From a virus, in IMG/VR virus record IMGVR_UViG_3300028283_000002, positions 70,438 to 134,437 of that record: a stretch of 64,000 nucleotides of DNA, one strand, 5' to 3'. The position numbers and the translations under genes were made by a program. Under the pieces are notes generated by a model that saw nothing but the letters and a program-made list of their open reading frames with translations, did not search any database and was not told where the DNA came from. This document shows, one piece after another, positions 55,207-64,000 of this stretch (positions are counted from its first letter, which is position 1; each line of letters starts with the position of its first letter).

Positions 55207-58200
55207 ATGCCAATAAGTAACAAAGATTTAGGAAAGTACAAACGTCCAGGTATTTTCATCGAAGAGATAGATCTATCGATGATTGAACGTCCAATTCAGG
55301 AAGTACTAATCAACTTAGTGCCTGGCTTCTCTAAGAAGGGTCCTTTCAATAAGCCTGTTAGGGTTAATAGCCCACAGGAATTTGAGGACATTTTTGGACC
55401 AGTGGACAAAAACCTTGAAAACAAAGGTTCATACTTCCACAGATTTGTAGAGGATATGTTGACTGTGGGTCCCGTTTGGGCACTCAATTTATTGAAGACT
55501 GATCCTACTAGAGATCAATTGGAATGGGAATCTATCTCAGTTTCAGCTCAGTACGATAACGGTCCTAAGAACTCTTCGCCTTACGAAAGATTTTTCAATA
55601 GACAAGATTTCTGGGAAAGAGATGTAGAATCCTTTATGGATATCGTTGATCTAGAATTTATTGATCACCCTACAACTCAACCAAATCCAGCACATGATTT
55701 GTTCAGTATAACAAACATGGGGGATAAGAAAATTACATTGTTCACGTTCAAATCTTCAATTACTGGATTTGACGTATCAGCCGAAAGTTGGTACGGTGGA
55801 GCTGATAAAGTTCCTTTATTCATGAACGCAAAAGATTACATCTCAGATTATATGATTAGTGTGTTATCAGTTGTTGGTGATTATACAGATTACGCAACTT
55901 TGAGTGTTGACCCATATTGGGGTAAATATTTCAACGCTAATGGTTTAATCAAAGGACAAGTTCAAAACTTTGTTAGTGATAGATTAACAACAGTTAACGC
56001 TTATTATGATGTGTGTTTAATTCCAAATTTTAGAGATACATCTGGAAGAGATATGTATATCAAGAATGTTATTAACGTAGCGACCGAACAAACTGGTTTA
56101 TTCTGTTATTACAACGAAGAATATCTGTTAAATTCAGATTTCTACAAAGGTAACATTGATACAATCGGTGCAACTTTAGTTCTCACAGAAGACGTTATTA
56201 ATAATGTTATTCCAAAGACTTCAATTGATTTTATGTCTTATAAAACCAATTTAAGTGAAAGTGTTGGTTACGCTGAAAGAGGATTAGATTACGTTGGAAA
56301 TCCATTCGGAAACTACAGCGAAGATATGATAACATCATGGGTTAGTGGCAGAACAGGTCAATATACAAACTGGTACACTAACATAGCTCCAACAGCAGTA
56401 ACTAATATGTATTCTACTGTTATAACAGGCGTTGTTTCATCAGCCATTACTTTAACAAGTATAACTGGTGTTGAAGTTGACGATACTATTTATTTCAGTA
56501 AATCATTCGGTATCTTAGAAAAAGATTTACCATATTATGTTTTAACAATTGATGGTGCTAATATTACAATATCTAAAACCAAAGGTGGCCCAATTTTAAC
56601 AGGACTTTCTTCTGGAACAAATGTTTTCGCTTATAGTTTAAAACAAAAATTCTACGACGCTATTGGAAGTTTATCTTATAATATCAACACTGGATATACA
56701 TTATCTGATAGTGTATTATTCTTGGAACCATTTGTTGTAAACAATAGTGCACAAACATATAGTAGATATGATATTGTATATTTAAGTACAGATTATACAA
56801 CTATTCATACAGTAAAAGGAAATCAAGTAACTGGTACATCACCAAGTAAACCAAACTTCCTTTTAAGTAACGCTAATACAATTATCCTAGGATATATGAA
56901 AATTCAATATGATTTAGTTTCCAGTGTAACACCAACTTTCACAAAAACTTGGTACCCTGTTACAGTAGATGAAACTAAATATTTAGTTTTAGTAGATGGT
57001 ACAGACGTTTCAGCAGTATCTGGTGTAACAGTCGCTGGTATCAAATATTTAGATCTATATTTCTTAGGAACATCTGGATCAACAGACTATACCAATTATC
57101 TCAAATTAAGAAAATCAAAAATTTTCACTGAGATTTATACCAATTTATTGACTGGTAGATCTGTTATAATTAATAAATTAGATGGAAGTAAATATTCTGT
57201 AACAGCTACAGTATTTGAAGCTACAACTACATCAGATGCTCACGTCATCATATACTTCGATAGTTTAACAGCTACAAATCCATTTAATTATTACGTAAGT
57301 GGTAGTTTCTTAATCTATTACATAGACTATGAATTAGATTTCTATTTAAGATCAAATAGTCTTTCGAGTATAATTACAACAACTGGAGTAGTAAATGGAT
57401 TAGCCGCAGATACAGGTATAGTTGCTAAATACTCAACATTATATCAAGATTATTACAATGGTATAATAAATAACGGTGATTACATTTATCAAAACAACGA
57501 TAGTGGAACAACAGTAAAAATTTATTTGAAAATGTTCTTAAATTCAGATAAGAACTTAACAATTAAATTTGCTAGTGCACCAGAAGGTGATCCAGATACT
57601 ACATTAACTAACGTTAGTGTAAATTATCGAGACGCTGATGGTAACATAGCTTTAATAATTTATTCAAATAAATCAAGTTACAAACAATCACTTGAAATTG
57701 AAAACACAAGTTATATCACAGACTTTAATAACGTAAACTATGTTTATGTTGATAAGACTAGATATGCAGAAATAACAAAAGGCTGGTACTTAGAAGCATA
57801 TTACGACACTTCGTATTATGATTCTCCAGGTGAAGGTTATATCTTAGGAGCAGTTCCAAGAAAACTTGTTCGTATAACAAAGACAGCTATTGATACTGTA
57901 GATCCAATGTTAAAAATCTTATACGCTGACGGCCCAATTAGAATTTTAAGTAACCCAACAGGTTCTACTTACGATTATTACACCTCAGCCTATATGTCGA
58001 TTGATAACTATGTTGGTGAATACAATGGTTTAACATTAAAACCGTTCACAGTACATCCAGATTCAATGCCAAATAACACAGACGCTAGATTAGATAGCAT
58101 AATGAGTGTGTTAGACAAATCAACAAACTTAGCAAAAGGTTTGGCTAATAAGAACAGAATCACATGGAGATACTTAGTAGACTCCTTCGGATTAGGTCTT

Positions 58201-59064
58201 ACCGCCTTATCAAAACAAGAATTCGTTGATCTCTGCGGTATGAAACTCAACTGTCTTGGTTTCATCAATATGCCAAGTGCAAGACAATTTAAAACATCAA
58301 TCAACCCAAGTTTTATCAATGATGATAGAACAATAAATACTACATATATCAAAGAAGGTGGAAATCCAGATCTTAATCCAAGCTTCGAATATAGTTTTGG
58401 TAACGGTGTTGGTATGAGTTGTGTAGGTTATTTCTTCCCTTATGTTAAGGACGTAAATGATACTACCAAGTTTATACCACCTGCAGCTAAAATCTGTAAA
58501 ACCTACATGAAGAAATTCACTGGTGGTTTAGGAAACGCTTATCCATGGCAAATCATAGCAGGTCCACAGTTCTCATTAATAACAGACATTTCAACAACTG
58601 AAATGAGATTTACTAATGAAGATCTTGAAAACTTCTACGCAATGGGAGCCAATCCAATTGTTTACTCACTCAACAGAGGGTACAATATCAACTCAGAAAG
58701 CTCAGCACAGGTTTATCCACTTAGCTCACTAAGTTATATTCACTCAAGAGAAGTTCTCATAGAACTTGAAAATAGACTCTACGATATGTTACTTAACTAT
58801 CATTGGAGATTTAACACTCCTGAAATTAGAGCTGAAATCAAGTTCAGAGCAGACCAAATCTGTAAAGAACTTCTAGACTCAAATGCACTCTATGACTTCA
58901 AGAACGTTTGTGATAAAACAAACAATACTGACTATATCATAGACCTACAAATGGGTGTGTTAGATACCTACATAGAAATTATCAAAGGAATGGGTATCAT
59001 TGTGAATAACATTACAATTCTCAAAAAGGGAACCATCGAATCTGGTGGTTTCTTACCTCAATAA
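55207..59064 (+). CDS. Contractile tail sheath protein (T4 gp18-like, with large insertion)
   Basis: RPGIFIEEID.S, GFS.KGP...P, F..IFG, N-terminal and C-terminal sheath domains, FNT...R..I, CD.TNN. Confidence 0.93.
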   Translation: MPISNKDLGKYKRPGIFIEEIDLSMIERPIQEVLINLVPGFSKKGPFNKPVRVNSPQEFEDIFGPVDKNLENKGSYFHRFVEDMLTVGPVWALNLLKTDPTRDQLEWESISVSAQYDNGPKNSSPYERFFNRQDFWERDVESFMDIVDLEFIDHPTTQPNPAHDLFSITNMGDKKITLFTFKSSITGFDVSAESWYGGADKVPLFMNAKDYISDYMISVLSVVGDYTDYATLSVDPYWGKYFNANGLIKGQVQNFVSDRLTTVNAYYDVCLIPNFRDTSGRDMYIKNVINVATEQTGLFCYYNEEYLLNSDFYKGNIDTIGATLVLTEDVINNVIPKTSIDFMSYKTNLSESVGYAERGLDYVGNPFGNYSEDMITSWVSGRTGQYTNWYTNIAPTAVTNMYSTVITGVVSSAITLTSITGVEVDDTIYFSKSFGILEKDLPYYVLTIDGANITISKTKGGPILTGLSSGTNVFAYSLKQKFYDAIGSLSYNINTGYTLSDSVLFLEPFVVNNSAQTYSRYDIVYLSTDYTTIHTVKGNQVTGTSPSKPNFLLSNANTIILGYMKIQYDLVSSVTPTFTKTWYPVTVDETKYLVLVDGTDVSAVSGVTVAGIKYLDLYFLGTSGSTDYTNYLKLRKSKIFTEIYTNLLTGRSVIINKLDGSKYSVTATVFEATTTSDAHVIIYFDSLTATNPFNYYVSGSFLIYYIDYELDFYLRSNSLSSIITTTGVVNGLAADTGIVAKYSTLYQDYYNGIINNGDYIYQNNDSGTTVKIYLKMFLNSDKNLTIKFASAPEGDPDTTLTNVSVNYRDADGNIALIIYSNKSSYKQSLEIENTSYITDFNNVNYVYVDKTRYAEITKGWYLEAYYDTSYYDSPGEGYILGAVPRKLVRITKTAIDTVDPMLKILYADGPIRILSNPTGSTYDYYTSAYMSIDNYVGEYNGLTLKPFTVHPDSMPNNTDARLDSIMSVLDKSTNLAKGLANKNRITWRYLVDSFGLGLTALSKQEFVDLCGMKLNCLGFINMPSARQFKTSINPSFINDDRTINTTYIKEGGNPDLNPSFEYSFGNGVGMSCVGYFFPYVKDVNDTTKFIPPAAKICKTYMKKFTGGLGNAYPWQIIAGPQFSLITDISTTEMRFTNEDLENFYAMGANPIVYSLNRGYNINSESSAQVYPLSSLSYIHSREVLIELENRLYDMLLNYHWRFNTPEIRAEIKFRADQICKELLDSNALYDFKNVCDKTNNTDYIIDLQMGVLDTYIEIIKGMGIIVNNITILKKGTIESGGFLPQ

Positions 59065-59077
59065 ATTAAATTGGGAA

Positions 59078-59112
59078 TAAAAAAAGGAGGAAATTTATTC
59101 CTCCTTTTTTTT
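59078..59112. terminator. Bidirectional terminator
   Basis: AAAAAAAGGAGGAA-ATTTA-TTCCTCCTTTTTTTT. Confidence 0.8.
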
Positions 59113-60624
59113 ATAAATATATTTCAGATGTCCTGAATCATATATTCTATATATTTTACGTTCTAACATTATTTCGTGTTCGGTTTTATTTGGATCTGCT
59201 CCATTTTTAATCAGAACATCTTTTCTAAATCCGAATCTATGTTTTCTGAATCCGTCGAATACATAATAATAATTAGGCTTAGTTTTATGAACCAGTTTAA
59301 ATCCTAATTTCTCATATAAATCACCAGATGACCAACTTCTATCGGCATAACTTATAACTTCGTTCGGACTATAATGATCAATAAAATATTTAAATAATCT
59401 ACTAGCTCCTCCTATAACATTAGTGTTCAATTTATTACAAAATCTAATCATTTCATATGACCCCTCTATTGATTTAGTTCCCATAGATTTTCTTTGGAAA
59501 CCGAATGTCATCAGAGAAACTAGTTCTTCTTGATAAAATAGTCCAATTTTAAATTGTGAACCAATAAATCCTTGTAGATGATTTTGATTTAGAAAATCTC
59601 TAATGATTTTATTATCTGTTATTTCTCTGATTTCACATTTTCTAGCGTATATTTTTTTAGATTTTCCAAGTAAATTTAATATTCTGGATTTAATAATATC
59701 TTGTTTAAACATCCAATCATCTTGATACACATGAATTAATTTAATATCATTTTTTTCTGATAGTTCGGTTTTTTCTAAGTGATAATTAGGAGATTTATAT
59801 AGTTCATTATGCCAATATACACCATTGAATTCAAATGATATTTTCAATTCTGGTATATAAATATCTAATTCGGAACCTATAATATTTCTATTATTTAATA
59901 ATATTTCACCATTATAATTATTTTTAATAAAGTTTTGAAGTTGAATTTCTTGACCACTATTACTAAAAGAATTTATAGGATTACATATCGTACATATTTC
60001 AGTGTTAATTTTTTTTCTATTTCTAAAAGAATACATATCTATTTCAAAATCATGACCTTTATTACAATGAAATCTAAAAGATTTTTTATTATAATCCACT
60101 TCAAATAAATTCAAATGTTTATATTTTTCTAAATTTTTTTTTATTTTTGTTTTAATGAAAGATGATGTGGATTTTTTTATAATTTCAAAATTATTTTTAG
60201 GGCTATTCCCGCCATATCTTTCATTGTTTGTTTTGATCATCTTAGCTTTAATATCGATGTTCATTCCCGGTGTTTTGGTTCCAAACTTTTCATAAGATTT
60301 TTTTTCTTTTATATCTTTAATCTTTGGATCACTACTTATACATGGTATGGAGCAATAATCATAATATCCTAAAGTTGAATTACGATATTTAGTTTCATTG
60401 TTACAATTTGGATTTTTACATGATGTTTTTTCTTTTATATCATGCACATAATGATACATCTTTTCTTTAAATAGAATATCATTTAATTTTTCACTACAAT
60501 AATTAATAACATCAACATATATTTCTGGATAATTTTTTTTAACATATCTTTCATTATACATTCTTCCGGAATTTCCATTATGATTTTTTATAAAATCCTT
60601 GATTTCATTGTCATTCATATTCAT
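59095..60624 (-). CDS. Putative homing endonuclease inserted between sheath and tube genes
   Basis: YCSIPC, CTICNP, ELDIYIPE..FEFNGVYWH, YARKC, NHLQG, SYADRSWS, IYDSG. Confidence 0.78.
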   Translation of the reverse strand: MNMNDNEIKDFIKNHNGNSGRMYNERYVKKNYPEIYVDVINYCSEKLNDILFKEKMYHYVHDIKEKTSCKNPNCNNETKYRNSTLGYYDYCSIPCISSDPKIKDIKEKKSYEKFGTKTPGMNIDIKAKMIKTNNERYGGNSPKNNFEIIKKSTSSFIKTKIKKNLEKYKHLNLFEVDYNKKSFRFHCNKGHDFEIDMYSFRNRKKINTEICTICNPINSFSNSGQEIQLQNFIKNNYNGEILLNNRNIIGSELDIYIPELKISFEFNGVYWHNELYKSPNYHLEKTELSEKNDIKLIHVYQDDWMFKQDIIKSRILNLLGKSKKIYARKCEIREITDNKIIRDFLNQNHLQGFIGSQFKIGLFYQEELVSLMTFGFQRKSMGTKSIEGSYEMIRFCNKLNTNVIGGASRLFKYFIDHYSPNEVISYADRSWSSGDLYEKLGFKLVHKTKPNYYYVFDGFRKHRFGFRKDVLIKNGADPNKTEHEIMLERKIYRIYDSGHLKYIYKKKEE

Positions 60625-60689
60625 ATGTTTCTTTTATCCCTTATATATAAAAGAAAAAATATGAAGTTTTAATATTAATATATAGTTAT

Positions 60690-60993
60690 ATGAAACTTTC
60701 AATAGAAGAATATGATGTACTTTATAAGAAACTAGAATATAAATTTAAGGAATCTGGTGATGAACTAGTTGATAAAATTAAAGATCAGAAAGATCTATCA
60801 CTGGATGATATTATAATATACTTTTAGAAAAAGCGATAATGATATAATAAAAAAGTTGGCTGATATGGCTGGACTTAAGGATTATGCTCCTGTTAAATAT
60901 GGTAATATTAAAGCCAAAAAACAAAGAGATTTAAGAGAATTAAAAGAAGAATATGTAGTCAAATTTGATAATTTTATGAAAAATTTAATTTAA
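60690..60993 (+). pseudogene. Frameshifted small late gene
   Basis: MKLSIEEYDVLYKKLEYKF... stops at about 60827; another frame continues to ...EEYVVKFDNFMKNLI*. Confidence 0.45.
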
Positions 60994-61101
60994 TATATAT
61001 TGATATATAAAAAAATAACAAAATAATATCAATATATATCTGAGGAACAATAGCAATATTAATATATACTAGAAAAGATATAAAAAAATAATAATAAAAA
61101 C

Positions 61102-61695
61102 ATGGGATTAGGACATTTTACCAACGTAGCAACAGCAACAAATATGTGGGAACCAGTATTTAAGAGTTTGTTTGAAATTCAAATTGACTTACCCCCACTT
61201 ATCAATTTAGGGCCTGATATCAAATCAATTTTAATAGAGAACGCCACAAGCGTACCTTTACCATCATACCCAAAAATTGAAGTAAAACCACAAAGGTTTA
61301 AATACTCAACTCGTATCTACCCAACACTACCAGGTCAAACTCACTTAACAGAACAACAAATTAAATTCAATTTGAACGAATCTGTAAACGTGAGACAAAA
61401 CGTAAGTGGTGTAGTAGCAGGTAGAGTTCCAGTATTTAGAGCAATAAAAGACTGGTACGACCTCATTTGGAACAACGAAACAGGACAACTAAATTATAAA
61501 GGAAACTTAGTAGGCACTGTTACAATCGACCAACACGATAAGGAAGGACTAGTCGTAAGACGTGTTATATGGCATAACGCTTTTATAACAGGATTCTCAG
61601 GTTGGGACGAAGGTCTCTCATGGGAATCAGTAACAGAAATCCACGATCTAACTGCTTCATTTGCAGTGGACTATTTTGAGGACTTCTATTATTAA
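61102..61695 (+). CDS. Tail tube protein (T4 gp19-like)
   Basis: Follows the sheath; EPV...LFEI, W.DLI.N..TG...K, I.Q.D..G...R.....AF, F.VDY. Confidence 0.85.
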   Translation: MGLGHFTNVATATNMWEPVFKSLFEIQIDLPPLINLGPDIKSILIENATSVPLPSYPKIEVKPQRFKYSTRIYPTLPGQTHLTEQQIKFNLNESVNVRQNVSGVVAGRVPVFRAIKDWYDLIWNNETGQLNYKGNLVGTVTIDQHDKEGLVVRRVIWHNAFITGFSGWDEGLSWESVTEIHDLTASFAVDYFEDFYY

Positions 61696-61720
61696 GATTT
61701 AATCTAAATAAATATAAGAT

Positions 61721-61752
61721 AAAAATATAAGGCTTTAAGTCTTATATTTTTG
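61721..61752 (+). terminator. Probable terminator after the tube gene
   Basis: AAAATATAAG-GCTTTAAGT-CTTATATTTT. Confidence 0.55.
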
Positions 61753-61796
61753 CCAAAAAATAGCTCTGATTACTGAGAAGAAAAAATAAAAAGAAT

Positions 61797-62621
61797 ATGG
61801 AAAAGTTGTGTAGAGTTTGTGGAAAATTGAAAGAGATTAACAATTTTGTTAAAAACGATAAAATGGCTGATGGTTATCGAAATGAGTGTAAAGAGTGTTT
61901 GAATGGATTATACAAAGATAAAGATAAAATAAGAGAACGTAATTTAGAAAAGGAAATCAAACTTGATGGAAATAAAGTCTGTCGAATTTGTAAAATTGAA
62001 AAATCTTTGAATGAATTTCATATAAAAAGAGGCACACCAGATGGACATCGTCATGAATGTAAAGAATGTGTTAAAAGTATTCAAAAGAAATATAAAGAAA
62101 TTCCTAATTATAAAGAAAAAGAAAAAGAATACGATAAAAAAAGATACGATAAAATAAAAGATAAAATCCTTGAAAGAAAAAAAGAACATTATCAAGAAAA
62201 TAAAGCTAAATTATTAGCTTATAAAGAAGAATATAGAAATACCCCAGAATATAAAATTCAATATAAAAACTGGAGATCCGAAAACAAAGAACTCTTAGCT
62301 AGACTCCAAGCAAATTATCGTAAAAAATATCCTCACATTATAGCATGGCGATCAGTCCTTTATTCAACTCTTAAACGTCTCGATACTCCAAAAGAAGGAC
62401 ACACAATAGATATGTTAGGTTATTCAGCGTTAGAATTAAAAGAACATATTGAAAAACAATTTCTTGATGGTATGACTTGGGATAATCACTGTGAATGGCA
62501 TATTGATCATATAAAGGCTGTTGTTAATTTTGATAATAACGCTGATATAAGAGAAGTCTGTGCTTTAGAAAATTTACAACCTTTGTGGGCTTTTGATAAT
62601 TTAAGTAAAAACAGGTATTAA
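61797..62621 (+). CDS. HNH homing endonuclease with zinc-finger repeats
   Basis: CRVC..K....F...DG.R.ECKEC twice; WHIDHI...NLQPLWA.DNLSK. Confidence 0.85.
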   Translation: MEKLCRVCGKLKEINNFVKNDKMADGYRNECKECLNGLYKDKDKIRERNLEKEIKLDGNKVCRICKIEKSLNEFHIKRGTPDGHRHECKECVKSIQKKYKEIPNYKEKEKEYDKKRYDKIKDKILERKKEHYQENKAKLLAYKEEYRNTPEYKIQYKNWRSENKELLARLQANYRKKYPHIIAWRSVLYSTLKRLDTPKEGHTIDMLGYSALELKEHIEKQFLDGMTWDNHCEWHIDHIKAVVNFDNNADIREVCALENLQPLWAFDNLSKNRY

Positions 62622-62652
62622 ACTTTTTTAATCTTTTACTATATAAATGTTT

Positions 62653-62793
62653 ATGAGAAAAATCATATACTTCTTTATATTCATTTTCCTTTTATCCTTA
62701 TTGGTTTCATGTATGCCGAAATATAATTGTTCTGCTTACGGTGAGAAACAGAGGTACCAAAGGCCGCCTGCTTATTGGAATCAAAAAAGATGA
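62653..62793 (+). CDS. Small 46-aa lipoprotein (not in the ORF track)
   Basis: MRKIIYFFIFIFLLSLLVS-CMPKYNCSAY... Confidence 0.55.
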   Translation: MRKIIYFFIFIFLLSLLVSCMPKYNCSAYGEKQRYQRPPAYWNQKR

Positions 62794-62878
62794 TTTCTAA
62801 ATAAACTTTAGACAGGCCGCCGCTCCTTTAATATATAATATTGAAAGGAACAACCTATAAAAAAAAAGTAAACAAAAA

Positions 62879-63808
62879 ATGGAAGAAAAAAAGGACGCAT
62901 TAGAGAAATTTATTTCCGAATCAACAAAACCAACACAAACACAAATTATTCAAGAAGAGCCCCTAGTTGGAGGCGGTAATACACTAAATTATATTACAGT
63001 AGATTTGAGTGTACTCCCAGCGGGAGCATTTTACAAACCAGGTACAGTAGTTATGATTAGAGCCGCTTCAGTATCAGAAGTACAAGCTTATTCCGCTGTA
63101 GATGATCAAAATTTTCTTGATGTTACAGACAAGATGAATGAAATGCTTGGAAGATGTGTTAGAATTAAACATCCAGGTGGACTAGTAGGAACATATAAAG
63201 ATCTGAAAGATAATGATAGATTATTCTTAATCTTTATGATTAGAGAATTAACATTCCAAAAGAATAGTAATTTAGCTAAAGACGTTACTTGTGGAAACTG
63301 TAAACACGAATTTAAAATTCAGTTTAGATCAACACCAGGACCAGATAGTCCAAAAACATTTTCAAATTACGAAATGGACCCAGAACTCGAGCCATATTTC
63401 AACAAACAAGATAGAACATTTGATTTTGCTTTAGGTGAAAAATTATGGAAATTGGCTCCACCATGTATCAGTCTTCAAGAAATTTTCTTTAAGAATATTA
63501 AAGAGAAGGTAACTGCTGATAAGACACCAAATGTATCATTCTTGAAAATTATACCATTTACTCTCTGGGATAGAAAATCTATTACAGAAGACGGTATTAA
63601 AGCCAAGGAAGAAGAATTTAAGAACTTAGATATGGACACCTTCTTATTTTTAGATGAAGTAGTAAGTAAGATGTTATTTGGTATCAAGGAATTGAAAATG
63701 AGTTGTCCAGTGTGTGGTGAGGAGGTCCACACGGACATGACGTTTCCCAAGGGGGCCTCAAGTATTTTCAAACCAGGTATTAAGTTACTCGATAGATTCA
63801 AGAAGTAA
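62879..63808 (+). CDS. Baseplate hub / tail assembly protein (T4 gp26-like)
   Basis: LP..G.FY, IR....E, D...L...IR, CGNC and CPVC; position after the tube gene. Confidence 0.7.
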   Translation: MEEKKDALEKFISESTKPTQTQIIQEEPLVGGGNTLNYITVDLSVLPAGAFYKPGTVVMIRAASVSEVQAYSAVDDQNFLDVTDKMNEMLGRCVRIKHPGGLVGTYKDLKDNDRLFLIFMIRELTFQKNSNLAKDVTCGNCKHEFKIQFRSTPGPDSPKTFSNYEMDPELEPYFNKQDRTFDFALGEKLWKLAPPCISLQEIFFKNIKEKVTADKTPNVSFLKIIPFTLWDRKSITEDGIKAKEEEFKNLDMDTFLFLDEVVSKMLFGIKELKMSCPVCGEEVHTDMTFPKGASSIFKPGIKLLDRFKK

Positions 63809-64000
63809 AATAGAAGATTTCGAAAAATCTGTATTCTCAGTCTTTACAGTTTCTTGGGAAAATTTAACAGGTAATAAATTCGAATTCATGAACCAACTTC
63901 AAATGCCTACAATTGTTGTAGATGGTTGGCCTTATTACGAATTTGAAAGATATATTAAGTTGTTAAATGAAAAGAACGAAAACGAAAAGAAACGACACGA
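63741..64000 (+). CDS. Baseplate hub assembly protein (gp51-like), partial; frame open from 63741, first ATG at 63888
   Basis: F.VS..NL...KF.FM..L.MP....D.WPYYEFE.YI.LLN. Confidence 0.55.

Noticed and set aside
1075-63801. Numerous short ORFs antisense to long genes in the six-frame track
   Set aside because: They are fully nested opposite well-supported genes, with F/L/I/S-rich composition typical of AT-rich antisense frames.
1-64000. Stop-codon reassignment (TAG or TGA) as in some large phages
   Set aside because: Coding density is high in the standard code, long genes are intact, and genes end in TAG and TGA normally.

Overview
AT-rich, gene-dense segment of a large (jumbo-type) T4-like myophage genome read in the standard genetic code. 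The host is probably Bacteroidota, inferred from TAnnTTTG promoter boxes, the lack of Shine-Dalgarno sites, a Fib_succ_major domain and lipoproteins. Recognisable genes: thymidylate synthase, C39 and M14 peptidases, a metallophosphoesterase, three glycosyltransferases (one with a TibC/Aah-type heptosyltransferase domain), a Gly-Ser-Thr repeat fibre, an RNA ligase, an HDAC-family deacetylase next to a GNAT, baseplate wedge, tail sheath, tail tube, baseplate-hub proteins and about ten free-standing homing-type endonucleases. The most striking unexplained signal is a short peptide tag, DPYGEExW, present 18 times in 16 otherwise unrelated ORFs and mostly at the extreme C-terminus, with synonymous codon variation showing protein-level selection. 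Several tagged ORFs look like isolated fragments of core phage proteins (tail-sheath C-terminal domain, major-capsid segment, PolB motif). Many others carry an N-terminal motif resembling the T4 internal-protein capsid-targeting sequence, and a second shared motif RWYxxGKL recurs three times. Several frameshifts suggest indel errors in the assembly. All family assignments are from motif recognition by eye; no database searches were run.
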